Below, in pieces: positions 26,081 through 41,049 of a stretch of 64,000 nucleotides of DNA (positions are counted from its first letter, which is position 1; each line of letters begins with the position of its first letter). The position numbers and the translations under genes were made by a program. The notes beneath the pieces are model-generated. The model was not told the DNA's origin, did no database searches, and worked only from the letters and a program-made list of their open reading frames with translations. Source of the DNA: Octopus sinensis. Its lineage: Eukaryota. The DNA is taken from NCBI RefSeq assembly GCF_006345805.1, contig NC_043000.1, positions 72,354,001 through 72,418,000 of the forward strand, read 5' to 3'.

Positions 26081-27680
26081 TAAACTTAGATAAACTTAGA
26101 TATGTTTCGACCAATGATTGGTCCAGGCCATGTCTAACTTAATAGCACCACCTGATAGGATTATTTGAATCCTGTTTAAGTCAAGTTTTGTTTATGGTTC
26201 ATTCAAGTAGTGAGTTTTTGTTGGTGGCTTATCTGGTATTCCTTGAAGGAATCTATCCAGACTCCGTTTAAAGTTGATGGGATCCTGTTCCTCTTTGATC
26301 TCTTTCGGGACAATGTTAAATAGGGCAGGGCCTGTTGAGGAAAAGAAATTATGTTGTAGTGTACATGTATGCTGTGATCTTGAATTGGGCAGGGGACGTA
26401 TGGCCCGTGGTCCCAGTCTTGGATGAACCTTGAAGCTAATGTTCAGGTCGTTTGGGAAAAGTTGGCGGTATATTCTCCACATCGTACAAATGATGTACCG
26501 CTCACGGCGACGCTGGAAAGTGTAGAGTTTCAAGGCTTTAAGGCGATCCCAATAATCGAGAGCAGCCATGCCTTCAATTCGTTTAGTGAGTGCTCTCTGA
26601 GGTGATTCAATCTTCGAGATGTTTTGTCTTGTATGGGGAGACCACAGTGGGCAGCAGTATTCGAGGTGTGGCCGTACAAAGGAGGAGAAAAGTGGTATGA
26701 TGACACCTTGTTCTCTGGACCGGAAAGTTCTTAAGATTCAGGAACTCATCCTACGAGCTATATCGACCTTTTTGTTGATGTGTGCACTCCAACTGAGATC
26801 GTCATCAACAATTACACCCAGGTCTCTGATATTGTTAGAGGCTGTGAGCGGTTCCCCTGAAGGAAGAGAGTATGGCTGTTTTAGTGAGGAATTTCTTCCA
26901 AAATGCATCAGCTCAAAGATCGTTTTATTCTGTCTCGTTGGTTCGAGCACTAGCTGAGTCAGGAAGTATCCATCCATTAGATTAAAGAGCAGTTCTGCTG
27001 CTGCTCTATCTGATGTAGAGCATTTGCCTAACTTCAGAGTATTTGTGGGCCAGTTCACATGAGGGAGGTTAAAATCACCCATCACTAGTATGTTTCCAGA
27101 GTTGTACTTCCGAAGGAAGGACTTGACTTTACTAAGGCACTCTTCAAAGCACTTTAGAGGCGCTTGGGGAGGCCTGTAAAGACCAACAATGATTATGTCC
27201 TTGGCCTTGCTGAATAGTGATACAGATTCACAATAGCCATTGGAAAATATGTCCTTGGCATCAAGTGAAAAGGAGTCATGGATAAAGATGGCTGTCCCTC
27301 CCTTATTTCGGTCTATGCGATCCGCACGAACAATGGTGAAATCTTTTATTTTCACCTCGGCGTCCATATGGGTGTTGTTCAGGTGAGTCTCGGTAAGGAT
27401 AAAGAAAGGGAAGCAATGTGCCGTTTCGGCAAGCCAACTCTCTATATATGGGATCTTCCATTTTTGGGCAATAATTGATGGGTTGATGCCACGTACATTT
27501 AACAGGAATATCGAGGTAAGGGGAGTTTGATGTTTGCCTTGTTCTAAGTTGTGTTTTATGTTGTTCAGTGGTAACAATGTGGGTAGTTCTTGTATGGAGC
27601 TGTGTGTGTATGATTTTCTTGTTGGTAGTGGGTGTGTGGTCCTTATCAGACAAATTTTATTCGTGCAAACCCGAAGATTT
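26081..27680 (-). mobile_element. CR1/L2-group LINE with the RT domain deleted in frame (APE fused to post-RT region)
   Basis: APE motifs LNVRG, LTETHL, RADR..GGTAIF, YRPP, GDFN, LEPTR join directly to FELMHFG..IRDLGVIVD..RPHLEYCCPLWSP..LKLYTFQRRRERY. A single TGA at 26738-26740. 3' tail (TCTAAGTTTA)x2. Confidence 0.85.
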
Positions 27681-28831
27681 GTTATCATTAGATATATTAA
27701 GAAGAAAAACAAAGTAAATCATGTAGAAAATAAATGCAGTAATGAAAAAGAAAAGAATTTGTTCCTTACCCGTTAGATAAAGATGCACCATTCATGTAAA
27801 CTGACATTTCAGAACCAAATAACAGAATTTAGAACTGATTGATTCTGAGTAAGATCATTGTATTTAAAGTCATGACCCCCATGAGAAATATTGAAATATA
27901 TCAGAAAAATATTCTGCAGAATCTAAGATGATTTTCTCGGTTCATTGAAAATTTGGTAAAAAATTTGATAACAGGAGAAAAAATTTCAGAAAGACATACT
28001 TATTACATTGAGAAAGTAAAAAAGCTGCAAGTAAACAATATGGTCGTTTAATTTATGAAGCACAGACCCCAATTAATACGATATTTTATATGCCCTATTT
28101 TTAAAAGATAAAGGAATGCGAAGTATCTCTTACTTTTCACTATAGTTTTCAACTGGAACTTGATATAGGTCAACGAATTCCAGTAAAATTGATACAGCAA
28201 AATCATCATGTCGATTGACATCAAACCGGATATACATGAACTCGATTCTTGCGTGAGAACTTTGTCTGCATAACATCATGTGTATACATTTATATTTATT
28301 TAAATAGGCCTGTAATGATGCGTATGGGAATAATTGGGAAACTATGCAGATATATGCATATGTTTATACAGACATATATTTAGAAAAACAAACTTATACA
28401 CACATTCGCGTACACACACAAATTCACACATGCGCATACATATAGATGCATGCACATATGCATACACACATATATGTATGAACACGCACGCTCGCGAAAA
28501 CGTATGTATGCATTTGTACAAGACTGTGTGAGAACACACGAGAATAAGTAAATAATAATTCCCACACGACCACATTTACGCATATACGAGGTTATTAAGG
28601 CTCAAAAGCACATGTACTTAAGACTTCTTTCATACATACAGATACTTCTTTATCGATATATATTCTATTATACATTTTCAAAACGCTTCGTATTTATGAG
28701 GATCGTGAAATTTAGTCCTAAATCTCAGGCACGTATGATTAAAGCAAAAGACACACAGACAGATACACACACACTTACATATATGATCAAATAAAACTTG
28801 AAGTCCGACTGAAAGGTTGTAATTCATTCAG

Positions 28832-28896
28832 TTGACTTCGGGTGCAAAATGTCGAGACTGTTTGAAGCTGCTCTGGTATTGGGACTTCAGTTAATG
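28832..28896 (+). CDS. Possible short first coding exon (signal-peptide-like [16 protein letters not shown])
   Basis: TTCATTCAG acceptor, CAAAATG start at 28849, G|GTAAGA donor. No homology evidence. Confidence 0.25.
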
Positions 28897-28987
28897 GTAA
28901 GAGAAATTTTAATGTCTTACTACTTCATTTCAGAGTAAACATAAAATTAGAGCGAATTTGCTATCTTCGAAGTTTAGATGCATTTCC

Positions 28988-29035
<48 letters not shown>

Positions 29036-29081
29036 CATACATACATACATACATACATACATACATACATACATACATACA

Positions 29082-29117
<36 letters not shown>

Positions 29118-29408
29118 TAATTAGTAATAAGATATTTTAGTGATTATGTATCTAAGATAAAATTGCCAAAACTCAACAATTTTAAGTTTATATATGAAAT
29201 AGTATGCACACAATAAGGTTTTACATTAACGATAAATAATTTGTTTATAATTGTGTGCTGAGGTGACAAACGTCGATTATAAACAGGTATTGCTAACCTA
29301 CGCTTGTTTATGTCTATACATATACACATGCATACATATGTATGTATATACGCATGCATATATGTATACATATATAAATGTATGTTGTTGTTATTATTAT
29401 TATTATTA

Positions 29409-29472
<64 letters not shown>

Positions 29473-29662
29473 ATTACTGTCATTGATGTTGTTCGTGTTT
29501 TTGTTATGCTCTGCGCTACGTTCCAACATTTTTCTGTCTCAATAAAGAGAAAGATGATTATCTAAAGTTGTCACAATAGATCGTTGACTTAGGTGAGTTG
29601 CAACACGATACAGATATGTATATATAGGTACGTGTGTGTGTTTCTGCATATATATATGTATG

Positions 29663-29716
<54 letters not shown>

Positions 29717-29733
29717 GTATGTATGTATGTATG

Positions 29734-29781
<48 letters not shown>

Positions 29782-30939
29782 TAATATCCAGTAGAAGCAA
29801 CAGAGTGACTCCGTTGATTCTGCTAATATTAATAAAGATATATTTTGAGTCTTATTTTTCCTGTTTGCATAACAATACCTATATACATACACACATACAC
29901 ATATAAATACATATACGCATGCATATAAGTATGTATTTATGTACATACATACAGACATACAAACACGCACATATACATGTGTATGTCATTATGCATACAT
30001 ATATGTGTGTGTGTATATATATACGTACATATATATACACATATATAAGTATATACAAGGAGGAACACACGCACACACATATCACACGCACACACACACA
30101 CCTCTACATTTTATGGATTTATTTTCTCAGTTCATTATTTAATGTATTCCGTTCATATCCATATACCTTATATTCTAATTGTAATGAAAGTAAATATATC
30201 TCCAAAAATTAAGAAATCAAAATAGCACAGTGAAAACAGTCTGGGGCTGGAGTCTCTTTGTGCAAGTTCTGCTTGCAACATATTGTTAAGTAGCTTTTTG
30301 AAAGTATTAGTCATCAAAATCTCTATAATTTTACATACATATTTTGAGAGGTGTCTTGAAGGGAAAGATTTTTTGCCGCGTTTATTCATATTGATACCTA
30401 ATTACTATAAGATAGGATATTTGTATTGATGCATCAGGTATGTGAGTTGTTAAGTTTTATCTATCTATCCTTATATATAACGCATCAAACTATTTAGTAT
30501 ATCAAATGTTCACTTCTATACAAGCGAGTACCTCTAGTCTTCTTCTTTAGGTTATATATCCAGAATTATTTTTTAAATACATTTACATTGGTATACATTT
30601 AATTCATAAAGTGACGCACTGCATATTTGTGTAATTTGTATACATTTTATAGAAATATACTGTTTTAGTTTCAGTGTGAAAATTGAACAAAGCGGTTATA
30701 CAACGAATTTTATTTTTCTATGGCCAGAATACAGTCGATCAGACTAGTTTCGATTCTTGTTATATAGAATAAACACCTATTTTCTGTAAACGAACAGAAA
30801 AGTACCTTTCGAAATCTACCCAGCGCACAAACTGTCCACTGCTATGCTTTCACGACTGCAAGGCTATGCACGAGTTACTTTAATCTTCAGCCTAATATTA
30901 GCTACGTTAAGATAGGTAGCTATGAGGAAATTTGGACAA

Positions 30940-31520
30940 CCTCCCATGACAACGGTATCAGTCGCATAATAAAAGTGTATGATGTATTCTGTGAAAATCT
31001 TCATCACCTGACTGTCACTGAAATTTCGGAAGAAGTAGGTTTGGTAAAAGTTCTTACAAAAATATTTTAAAAGAAAAAATTACAATGCGTTTTGTTACTG
31101 CATAATTTGTGCTACGTCTGCTGACAGGTGGACAAAAAGGGTTCTGTATCACAGTCAATCAGCAACCGTTCGATCGTTCGAATGCCAATGAAAAGTTTCC
31201 GAGAAGTGCCATAACAGATGACGAAACGTGGGTATACGGCTATGATTCCGAGGTAAACAGGCAGTTGTCCGCAAAGTGTTGGTTCATCGTCGGTGCGATC
31301 GAAAGAATCTCATCAGAGTCATGCTGATCGTACTTTTTTAATGGAAAAAGTTACCCTTTATGAGTTTGTCTCATATGGTCAGATGATGAAGAAAGAGTTT
31401 TAATCGAGAGAAAAAGGTATACGTTCCAAAAATTGGAAAAACTTTGTGAGTGGTGTATCAACAGTGAATAGAAATATTTTGGAGTACACAATTCTAATTA
31501 AATTATAAGTAAAATAACAA
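30940..31520 (+). mobile_element. Mariner transposase relic
   Basis: AITDDETWVYGYDSEVNRQLS matches ITGDETWVYGYDPE. Confidence 0.7.
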
Positions 31521-31704
31521 ATTTGAATTTTTAAAGTTCTACTTCATCTTTGGAACAAATATCATATTGCTTCTAATAATTTTCTACCAACAAAAAGGTA
31601 ACACCTATGATGTTGGTACTTTTATTTCCCACAGCGAAGTTTAAATTATAAATGTTTAATAAAAATTATATTCTTTACATTTATAGTTTCTTACGCACAC
31701 ACAC

Positions 31705-31782
<78 letters not shown>

Positions 31783-31859
31783 AATGTACATGCATATATG
31801 CAAACATACATATATATTTACACAGCTATATATTACAGGCTTCCGTGAGTTTTTAGCTC

Positions 31860-33200
31860 ATCACCACTCTCTACTCTTCACCGAAATGTTGAGAACCAGA
31901 AGTGAACATTTAAGATAAATTTTCCCCTTCTCCGATATTCATGGACTTGTATCTAATGTAGATCCCATTCATCGCCTTTCATTACACACTCTATTACTCT
32001 CTGAGACACAAATCTCGTAAGCCTTATCTCTAAACCAAGTCAGTTGTCCAAGCTACACTTTCTATTCTAATTTCACTTCAACAGGAGTGTCTGCCCTTGT
32101 GTAGAGTCGACTCCCCTTGTCACTCATGTCTCTTACCTTGATATCACTAATAATGTCTTCCAATTACTCTGAATCAAAATTTCTTTTCTTCATTCCCCCA
32201 AATACATCTCGTCCATTCAACCTCATCGTTCTCAGTGGCGTCAATATTCACAATTCCTCGTGATTTTCTCTCATATTCCGCACCGATGTCACTCAAACAG
32301 AATTTTTAGCACTCTTTAATTTTCTTTATGAAGACATCCCTGAAAACTCTTGACTTTAACTAATGTTTTTCAACTATAATTGCTTTTGTACCGATCGGAT
32401 CATCCGTTCACTACTTTATTGCAATTACTCAACGCACATTACCATACTGAAAAAAACTCCCTATACTCCGTACCCTATGGTCCTTCAAGTCAGCCGACTA
32501 GTCGGAGCTCCACCAGTTTTATTTCATCTCCTGTGTAGCATATATGCAATCAGAAAGTGCCAGGCAGGTAAATGAAATACTTCTTTTAGGCATGTCTTCA
32601 ATGCACCAGGTCCCCCGAGTGGTTCACTGATAGAATTGCTGAAACTGTTCATGCAAGAGCAAAGCCTACAAAGACTGGTAAATGTTATTACCACCACCAC
32701 CGCCACCACCACCACCACCCCTACCAAAACTAGATAGCATATATTCAGCAACGTAACACCTACAACGTCACTTTCCTAACCACGGAAGCTGATATCGTGC
32801 ATCGTACACTCAACAAGCTAACTTACCTTCCAAACTGTAGTCGTTCCTTGCCAAAAGGATTTCCACCAACTTTGCAGAATTATTTTTCTCTCCTCTTCAC
32901 AAAAATGATTGTTCTGTGATCAGCAGACTGCAGAGGCAATATACATGCTGACCGCTTTACCACCAAACTCCACACAACACACGGTTGGCACATTTCTAGT
33001 CCTATACCCTTCCACTCTTCCATGTACACTCTTTCAGGTTTACCACCATGCACATACACACCCCCAGGGCGAAAGTATCCTTCACTCACTTGAAACCAAC
33101 TAGGCCACTGGTTCTGACAGTGTCTGTGCCCCATCATTACTCACTATACACAGCAAACTTTTCAATCTTTTCCTCTCGTTCTCTCTGCAGGGATCTAACC
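31860..33200 (-). mobile_element. Decayed RTE-like LINE (APE and N-terminal RT fragments)
   Basis: Minus-strand ..VHGG..GIGLEMCQ..LVV..ADHRTII resembles the RTE APE region. Confidence 0.45.
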
Positions 33201-33565
33201 TGATTTTTGGAAACGCTGTATTGTGGCTTTATTCTCAAGAAATCAATTTCTCAGACCATGCCAAGTGACCCTTTTGTACTCACTACTACTGTCTCTCAGA
33301 TAATGGAGACAACCACCCAACACCTTAAAGGTCTCTCTCTCTCTCTATCTCTCTCTCCTTCCTTTACCTGCCTTCTCCATTTTTCTCTCTGCCCTTCCTC
33401 TCTCTCTCCCATTAGTAGCAATCAGGCAATCTGTACGCTTTTTGTATAGAAGACCTATGGATTCCATCTACCTCTTATCACTTAGATCAGGCCGCATTAT
33501 CACCGCGTGTTTTGCTTGTTCTACCAAACATGTATATAAATGATGTATAAGTACACACAAACACA

Positions 33566-33613
<48 letters not shown>

Positions 33614-34669
33614 CGATGGTATTCCGCGCAGTTTTCGCCTACCAAATTCACTCACTGGTCATTGTTCGGTGTACGGCCTTCCTCAGAGTGTGTGACTGAA
33701 TCAGACGTTTTGTTTTTATGAAACGAACTTCTTAATCACCTCTAATGTATGTATGTATATACATAATTACATATACCGAGAAAGAGTCTAGAACATGCTA
33801 CGTTTCACTCTGGGAGTCAGAAACAAAATCACAGCTATCAACATACATGAATTTGTGTATTAGTGATGAGGACAGTTTTGTTTTGGCAGTAAGCATATTT
33901 TATAATCAACATACTGCCAGTTGCTCGACATCTGTTGTAGCTACTATGTAATCAACCCTCAAAAGCCATCACTAAAAGTCGTAGCAAAGTACTTATGGTC
34001 ACCTAAATATACCACCTCCTAAGAAAGTGGTACACACGAAGTTGTAGCCCTAAACTGTACATTAAATCGATCCCTTTCGTTTTTCTCTGATTAATTAATC
34101 ATGTATATATGACTGTAAATGTGTGTGTGTATTATATATATATATATATATTATTTATTATGCATGTATATTATATTATATATAATTAATATCTATATAT
34201 TATATATATAACCATATATATTATTGCTATACATATATGTATATACTTGCATACAAACATAAATATATACATGCCTATATAAATGCATGCATATATACTT
34301 GCATACATACATATGCATGTGCACGCGCTAGTGACTCTATGATTAAGCAAAAATGAGCTAAGGGAAATGGCTAAGTAGCTAATGGCATGAATTTGAACAG
34401 CGCACTGAACAAAACTATATTAATTAGTATACAAGACCAATTCGCGTATTAAATATGTTTTTATTTCTAAAGAAAGTAAAGCAATAGTGCGTTGGCAATT
34501 GGAACAAAAGTCCATCTCGAATATCAAGAATTCTGTAGAAGTGATATGCAATTTAAGATACCACTGTTTAATTATCTGGAGAAGAGATAGTCGTGGATAC
34601 ATATTTCTGAAATTGTCACAACAATTATCTTATCTTAAGACTAGGAGGCAAAGGAGTAAGACATATATA

Positions 34670-35070
34670 GGCGTAGGAGTGGATGTGTAATAAGAAGCTT
34701 GCTTCGCAATCACATAGTTCTGGGTTCAGTCCCATTGCGTGGCACCTTGGGCAGGTGTCTTCTACTATAGCCACGGGCCGACTAAAGCCTTGTGAGTGGA
34801 TTTGGTAGACGGAAACTGAAAGAAGCCTGTCGTATATATGTATGTGCGTGTGTATGTGTGTGTGTGTGTGTATGCATGTATTTGTGTGTCTGTTCCCCCA
34901 CCATCGCTTGAGAACCGATGTTGGTATGTTTACGTCCCAGTAACTTACTGATTCGGCAAAAGAGATCAATAAAATAAGAACTAAGCTTACAAAGAGTCCT
35001 GGGGCCGATTTGTTCGACTAAAGGCGGTGCTCTAGCATGGCCGCAGTCAAATGACTGAAACAAGTAAAAA
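34670..35070 (+). mobile_element. SINE family A (full length)
   Basis: Homologous to 5150-5532. Tail GGCGGTGCTCTAGCATGGCCGCAGTCAAATGACTGAAAC. Confidence 0.85.
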
Positions 35071-35096
35071 AATATACAAAACATTAGGGGACATGT

Positions 35097-35153
<57 letters not shown>

Positions 35154-35461
35154 TGTGTGAGTGTATTGCAAAGATCAAATGGACCGGGACTTCAAACTTC
35201 GTCATTCGGTTGCCGAACCAGTGAAGAAGGCCCTGTCTGCTGGTATCCTTATCGTGGAAGTAGAGTTTCATTAAAAGAATAGGGTTAATACATTAGGTTT
35301 TACAATTTGCAAACGAAACTTTTATTTCATTTGAGATAGTAAATTAAATAGACGGTTAAAGGTCTAACGACAGATTAAGCGTACAAGTCATTTGACATGT
35401 AGGTCTAAAGGATGAATAAGGCGAGAATGAATGAATAAATGAATGAATGAATGAATGAATG

Positions 35462-36226
<765 letters not shown>

Positions 36227-36239
36227 TGATGATGATGAT

Positions 36240-37020
36240 AATAACGAATGCCAAGAAATTTTATAGGAAAATTGGCAAAAGTAAGATAGAAGTAAAGGCG
36301 CCACCTAAGGCTGGGGAAATGGAAGAGGTCTGGAAGAATATATGGAGCAACAAAACAGAATATAATGCTGGCGCTGACTGGATAGATCGTGAGAAAGTGA
36401 AACGGGATGAAGTTAAGGAGTAGAAATGGGAGGAAATAGGAATAGAAGAGCTGTGTTCTTAAGAAATCCCACAATGGAAAATCCCAGAACTGGACCAGAT
36501 TCCTAACTTCTGGCTGAATTGTTTGACATCTTTAACTGATGTCAACCAGAATACAGAGCAAATATCTGTCTGGCGAACTGAAGGAACAACATACCTTCAA
36601 ATAAAAACTGAAGACACAAACAATCCCAAGAGCTACCGACCAATAACATATCTCAACACCACCTACACAATCCTCACATCCATATTAATTCAAAGAATAT
36701 ACATTTTCCTTAAACAGACCTCTATATTTCCAAAAGCTCAAAAATGTTGTAAAAAATCCTTATGGGTGCAAAGATCAATTACTCATAAAGAATATGATTG
36801 TAGAGAATTGTCGTAGGGAAAGGAAGAACCTGAGTATGGCATGGATAGACTACGGGAAAGCATTTGACAGTGTCCCACATAATTGGTTACTGAAGGCCCT
36901 TGAGATATATAAGATCTCTCCTGTCGTCGCCAAATTATTACAGGGTAGCAAGGCTAAGTGGAACACAAGTCTCCTTCTAAACCATAGTAATGGGTTGAGC
37001 CTATCTAACAGTATCAACAC
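36240..37020 (+). mobile_element. Decayed R4/Dong-like LINE, N-terminal RT region
   Basis: NAKKFYRKI..VWKNIWS; SYRPITYL; LSMAWIDYGKAFDSVPHNWL. Confidence 0.75.
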
Positions 37021-37394
37021 TACCTACCTGAGATTGAAACCAAATCTACCCGCTTGTTGCTTGTCAAAACAAGCGGGAAATCCTCTACACACCAGATGAT
37101 TGATGGGAAACACTTAACCCCTAAGGAGCTGTGCTGGTCAAGGAAAGGTCAGTCCTTTGTGTAGAGTTTGACCTACATTACTGTTCACAGTCTATGTAAC
37201 TTTTTGTGCCAGTCAGACCAAGGAGCAATACCCTCTTTTGCAACAGCCATGACCAAGAGCAGCACTTTCCTTCGCCCTTCGTTCAGTATACGAAGAGAAT
37301 CTTTTGGCCGCAAAAAAGACTATGCCACCTTTATCCTTTCTTCCTTTCTAATCAGCACCGTGCATTCCTTACAAACCTCCAAGAATTCCTTTCA

Positions 37395-37630
37395 ACACAC
37401 AGCTATGATGTTCCCCCACTACTTCTGCTCATGATTAGAGATGCACATATAGTCAGCCACTAAGCTCAACTGGTTAAGGTCAAACAACTGACAAGCAAAT
37501 CTGTGGTATTGAGCAGAATATTTGCTGTAGCCCATCTTTTATACCAAGACAAAACAATGTACATGATAACACTTCCAATCAGTTAAAATCAGAAGCCATG
37601 AGAGCCACTGTCTGGCACTGCATCAGGGCT
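37395..37630 (-). mobile_element. Family D 5' part, inverted
   Basis: Reverse complement matches 16740-16985; abuts (ATT)n. Confidence 0.8.
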
Positions 37631-37656
37631 ATTATTATTATTATTATTATTATCTA

Positions 37657-37776
37657 ACTCAGAATCTTGAAATTAGTAGCCCGAGCTCTTAACCACTACG
37701 CCATATACCCGTGGGCGTAGTGGTTAAGAGCGTGGGCTACTAACTCCAAGATTCCGAGTTCGATTCCAAGCAGTGA

Positions 37777-37818
<42 letters not shown>

Positions 37819-37975
37819 CAACAACAACAACATCGAAAACTATCTTAAGAATGAGAACCGAGGTTCGAAATTTCCCAAGACACATGATGAAGGCTGGAGG
37901 GTATATCAACCGAAACGTTGTGTTAACAACAAACAAGATGAGGACAAATATCCGTCAAATGTAAATAATATAAAT
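37657..37975 (+). mobile_element. tRNA-headed SINE-like element with head-to-head duplicated head, internal (AAT)n and hammerhead motif (37879-37925)
   Basis: GGCGTAGTGGTTAAGAGC..GAGTTCGATTCC (boxes A/B) at 37714-37765, with an inverted copy at 37657-37702. GACAC aTGATGA A GGCTG..CAACC GAAACGTT GTGTT. Confidence 0.7.
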
Positions 37976-39557
37976 AATGTATACTTTTGAAATCTCTTGC
38001 AGTTAAACCGATGAATCCGCCCCCCCCCCCAAGAAAGACTGTGAGTGTGAGTGAGTGTTTCAAAGGGATGTAGAGTAGAATTTGTGGTAGGAGCGTGGGA
38101 TATGGTTGAAATAATGGATTAGTATGAATGGAAACACAATAACATATTTCTTTATTGAAGTATTTTCTAAGTAGATTACGCCAGTTTCTATTATTGTAGT
38201 TGCAGTTATTTGCGTTATTTTCAGGTTTTGCTTCCTTTTTTGCATGGTTAGAATTTGCTAATATTTGTGAGAAGTTGGTGGTGGTAGAATAGAACACCTT
38301 TATGAAGTTTCTATTTAGTAATTTGTGATATTTGTATTTAGATGGAAACGGATTTTGTAAGAGGTGGAAGAAAGTTTTTGATACAGAGATTTTTATTTGC
38401 TGGTTGTTTGGGAGGATTGCACCATATTTTATTCCCTGTTCTGTTTCCGTGTTTCGGTTGGAGTTTTATGATTTCTTTGTAGTATTTGATTTCTTCTGTG
38501 TATCTACTTTTCGAAGTTTCATTGCAGTGGTGTACATGTTCTTCAAAGATTATTCTGTTAGACGGCTGTCAAGAAATGCTGAGGGATATGACGGACAAAG
38601 TTATTTTCTTCTGTTGATTGAAAAATTTGTAAATGTATTAAATCTTTCCGTGGATTTTCTGATTGTTTCATCTGTGAATAATGCCAGCTGTAGTCCACCA
38701 CACACTAAGCACAGTTTTCTGAGGATGAAGTGATGTCTGCCAAGTATTTGGCACTGGGTCATCTGGTGACAACCAATGATAAATTCTCTTCTTGTTTCAA
38801 TATAAGAACTATTTTTTAATGACAAGTGACTGAATAATGAAAAAACCCCAGTTAATTGTCTTTGACGTTAAATGAGTGGATAGGCTCTGAAGTTTATTTC
38901 CATCCGTTAATGCACGATGAACCGCCTTTGCTTAGCTTCCATAATTTTCAGAATATATGGTGAACATTCACGAAAGTCCTTGACAAATCATTTGAGAATT
39001 ATATTCAACAGCAATACGCAGTTCTTCATTGTCTTCCTTTATATTGTCAATATTCAAGAGATTCATCCCCAGAAATACATTTTGCAAGACATTCTTGAGC
39101 AGTATATTCTGGAACAACATTTTTACTAAACGGCAGGCATGCTCTACGTAATGCAGGTTTGGAATCGAGTTTGAACACGTAAAGAGATCAACCGAAAATT
39201 ACACCATGCTCAACTAACATTTCAGGTAAAACCAAAGCTAAAGAAAAAATTAGACACACTTAGAGAGTACGCCGACTGATGCAATATATATCACTTGATA
39301 GTTATGAGTGACAATGCCATTAATTTCCATTATTCTGGAAGATCAGTCTATAGAAAATCTGCCTCAATAAACTTTGTCCAAACAACGCAAGTGGACATAT
39401 AAAATACATATACACACACTCACATACATACATATATACATACATACATACATACATACTACATACATACATACATACATACATACATACATACATACAT
39501 ACAAACATACAATCACACATCCACCCATCCATACATACGTACATCCATACATACATA

Positions 39558-40562
39558 TACGAAGAAGATACCCCAAAGAAAGCGGAAGTTTGCAATATTA
39601 TTTTATTCCCTTAGTTATACATGTTTACAATTTTATCGCCTTCAAATTATTCTCCATCTGAAGCAATGCATCGGTACAGGCGCGTTTTCCACTATTCGAA
39701 GCAGTGCTGGAATTCTTGCAAAGTGATGCCTTTTAATGCCTCCGTCGTTTCTTCACCTCTTCCACATCTGCAAATACTGTAGCATAAGCTTTCGTGACCA
39801 GTGATGACCATCGAAAAAAGGTCCAGATCAATTTCCAACTATTCTTTTAGTTCACGACACGCATTAAGTCGTGACTGCTTGAGATATTCCGTGAGCAAGC
39901 GATGCACAAATTTTGCTGCAATTCTTTTCATTCGCAATACCTCGCACAAAATTCGTTGACAGGAGCTTCAGGAGACACCGGTCACATCAACAAGTTGGCC
40001 AGTTGTTCGGTGACGGTCCTCCAAGATCAGTTTATGAATTTTAAGGGTGTTTTCATTCGTTCGGTAAGTCGACGTTCGTCCTGAACGAAGTCGATCGCCA
40101 AGCGACAAGTGGCCATTCCTAAAGTGTAGAAACTACTCACAAACTTGTGCTTTGCTCAAGGCAGCATCCTTGTAAGCTGTTTGAAGTATGACAACCGTTT
40201 CGGCCGCCGTTTTCCCCAGCAGGAAACAGAATTTTAGAGAAAAACGTTGTTTTTTCGCTTCAGCGATCGCAGAAATCGACGAACAGGGGAGAAGCACTGC
40301 AAAGCAATGTGACGTTAGAAATCCTAATACAAACCTCAGGAACAATACTATTAAGGCCAAATCCAGGGTGATCAAACAGGACATTGGTATATTGTAACGA
40401 CACATTCGGGTAATAGAAGTTCACATCTAAGTGACGGGGCACATCCAGTCAATGACGCCAATTGACAGACTGATGCCTGTGGCTACTAGCGGCCGAAGCT
40501 CGAACTGTAACGGGTTTGTCCGACAGAGAACGTTTCCGGTTACTTTTGATCACCCCTCCGTA
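39558..40562 (-). mobile_element. Mariner element with internal deletion (junction ~39778)
   Basis: TIR-like ends; KQRFSLKFCFLLGKTAAETVVILQTAY; ITGHES joins directly to the C-terminal FADVEEVK region. Confidence 0.85.
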
Positions 40563-40584
40563 TACGTACGTACATACATACATA

Positions 40585-40648
<64 letters not shown>

Positions 40649-40952
40649 ATAAACAAGGGCTAAAGAAAATTATTTCTATGCCAATATGCTGATAACAGAC
40701 TTTTAAATCGTCAATTTCCACATATAATTTACTCGCTACAGAAAATACGTAGAGCTGAAAACGAGGAAAGCTAGCCAACAGAATTTTAAAAAAAAGTTTG
40801 TTATTTCTATATTGAATCAATTTCGGAATTAATCTTATAACAGATTTAACCTTAAAGGTATTTTAATATGCTGCCACATGTATAATTCTCTGAGACGTTC
40901 TATCTTATAAGATTTAGTGCTATTTTAGAATCAGATACGAAGATTATATATA

Positions 40953-40998
<46 letters not shown>

Positions 40999-41049
40999 CC
41001 AAAAGGTATAAAATGAATGATAAATATAATATAATAAGTAAAAACACTA

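Noticed and set aside
26738-26740. In-frame TGA as possible selenocysteine or readthrough
   Set aside because: It aligns to Trp in the related LINE (..LAGWILRTF), so a TGG->TGA point mutation is the simple explanation.
30168-30389. ORF MNKRGKK..LLNNMLQAELAQ as a host exon
   Set aside because: No recognisable motif and unconvincing splice sites.
38300-39130. Possible decayed PLE GIY-YIG region
   Set aside because: Peptide similarity too weak to support by eye.
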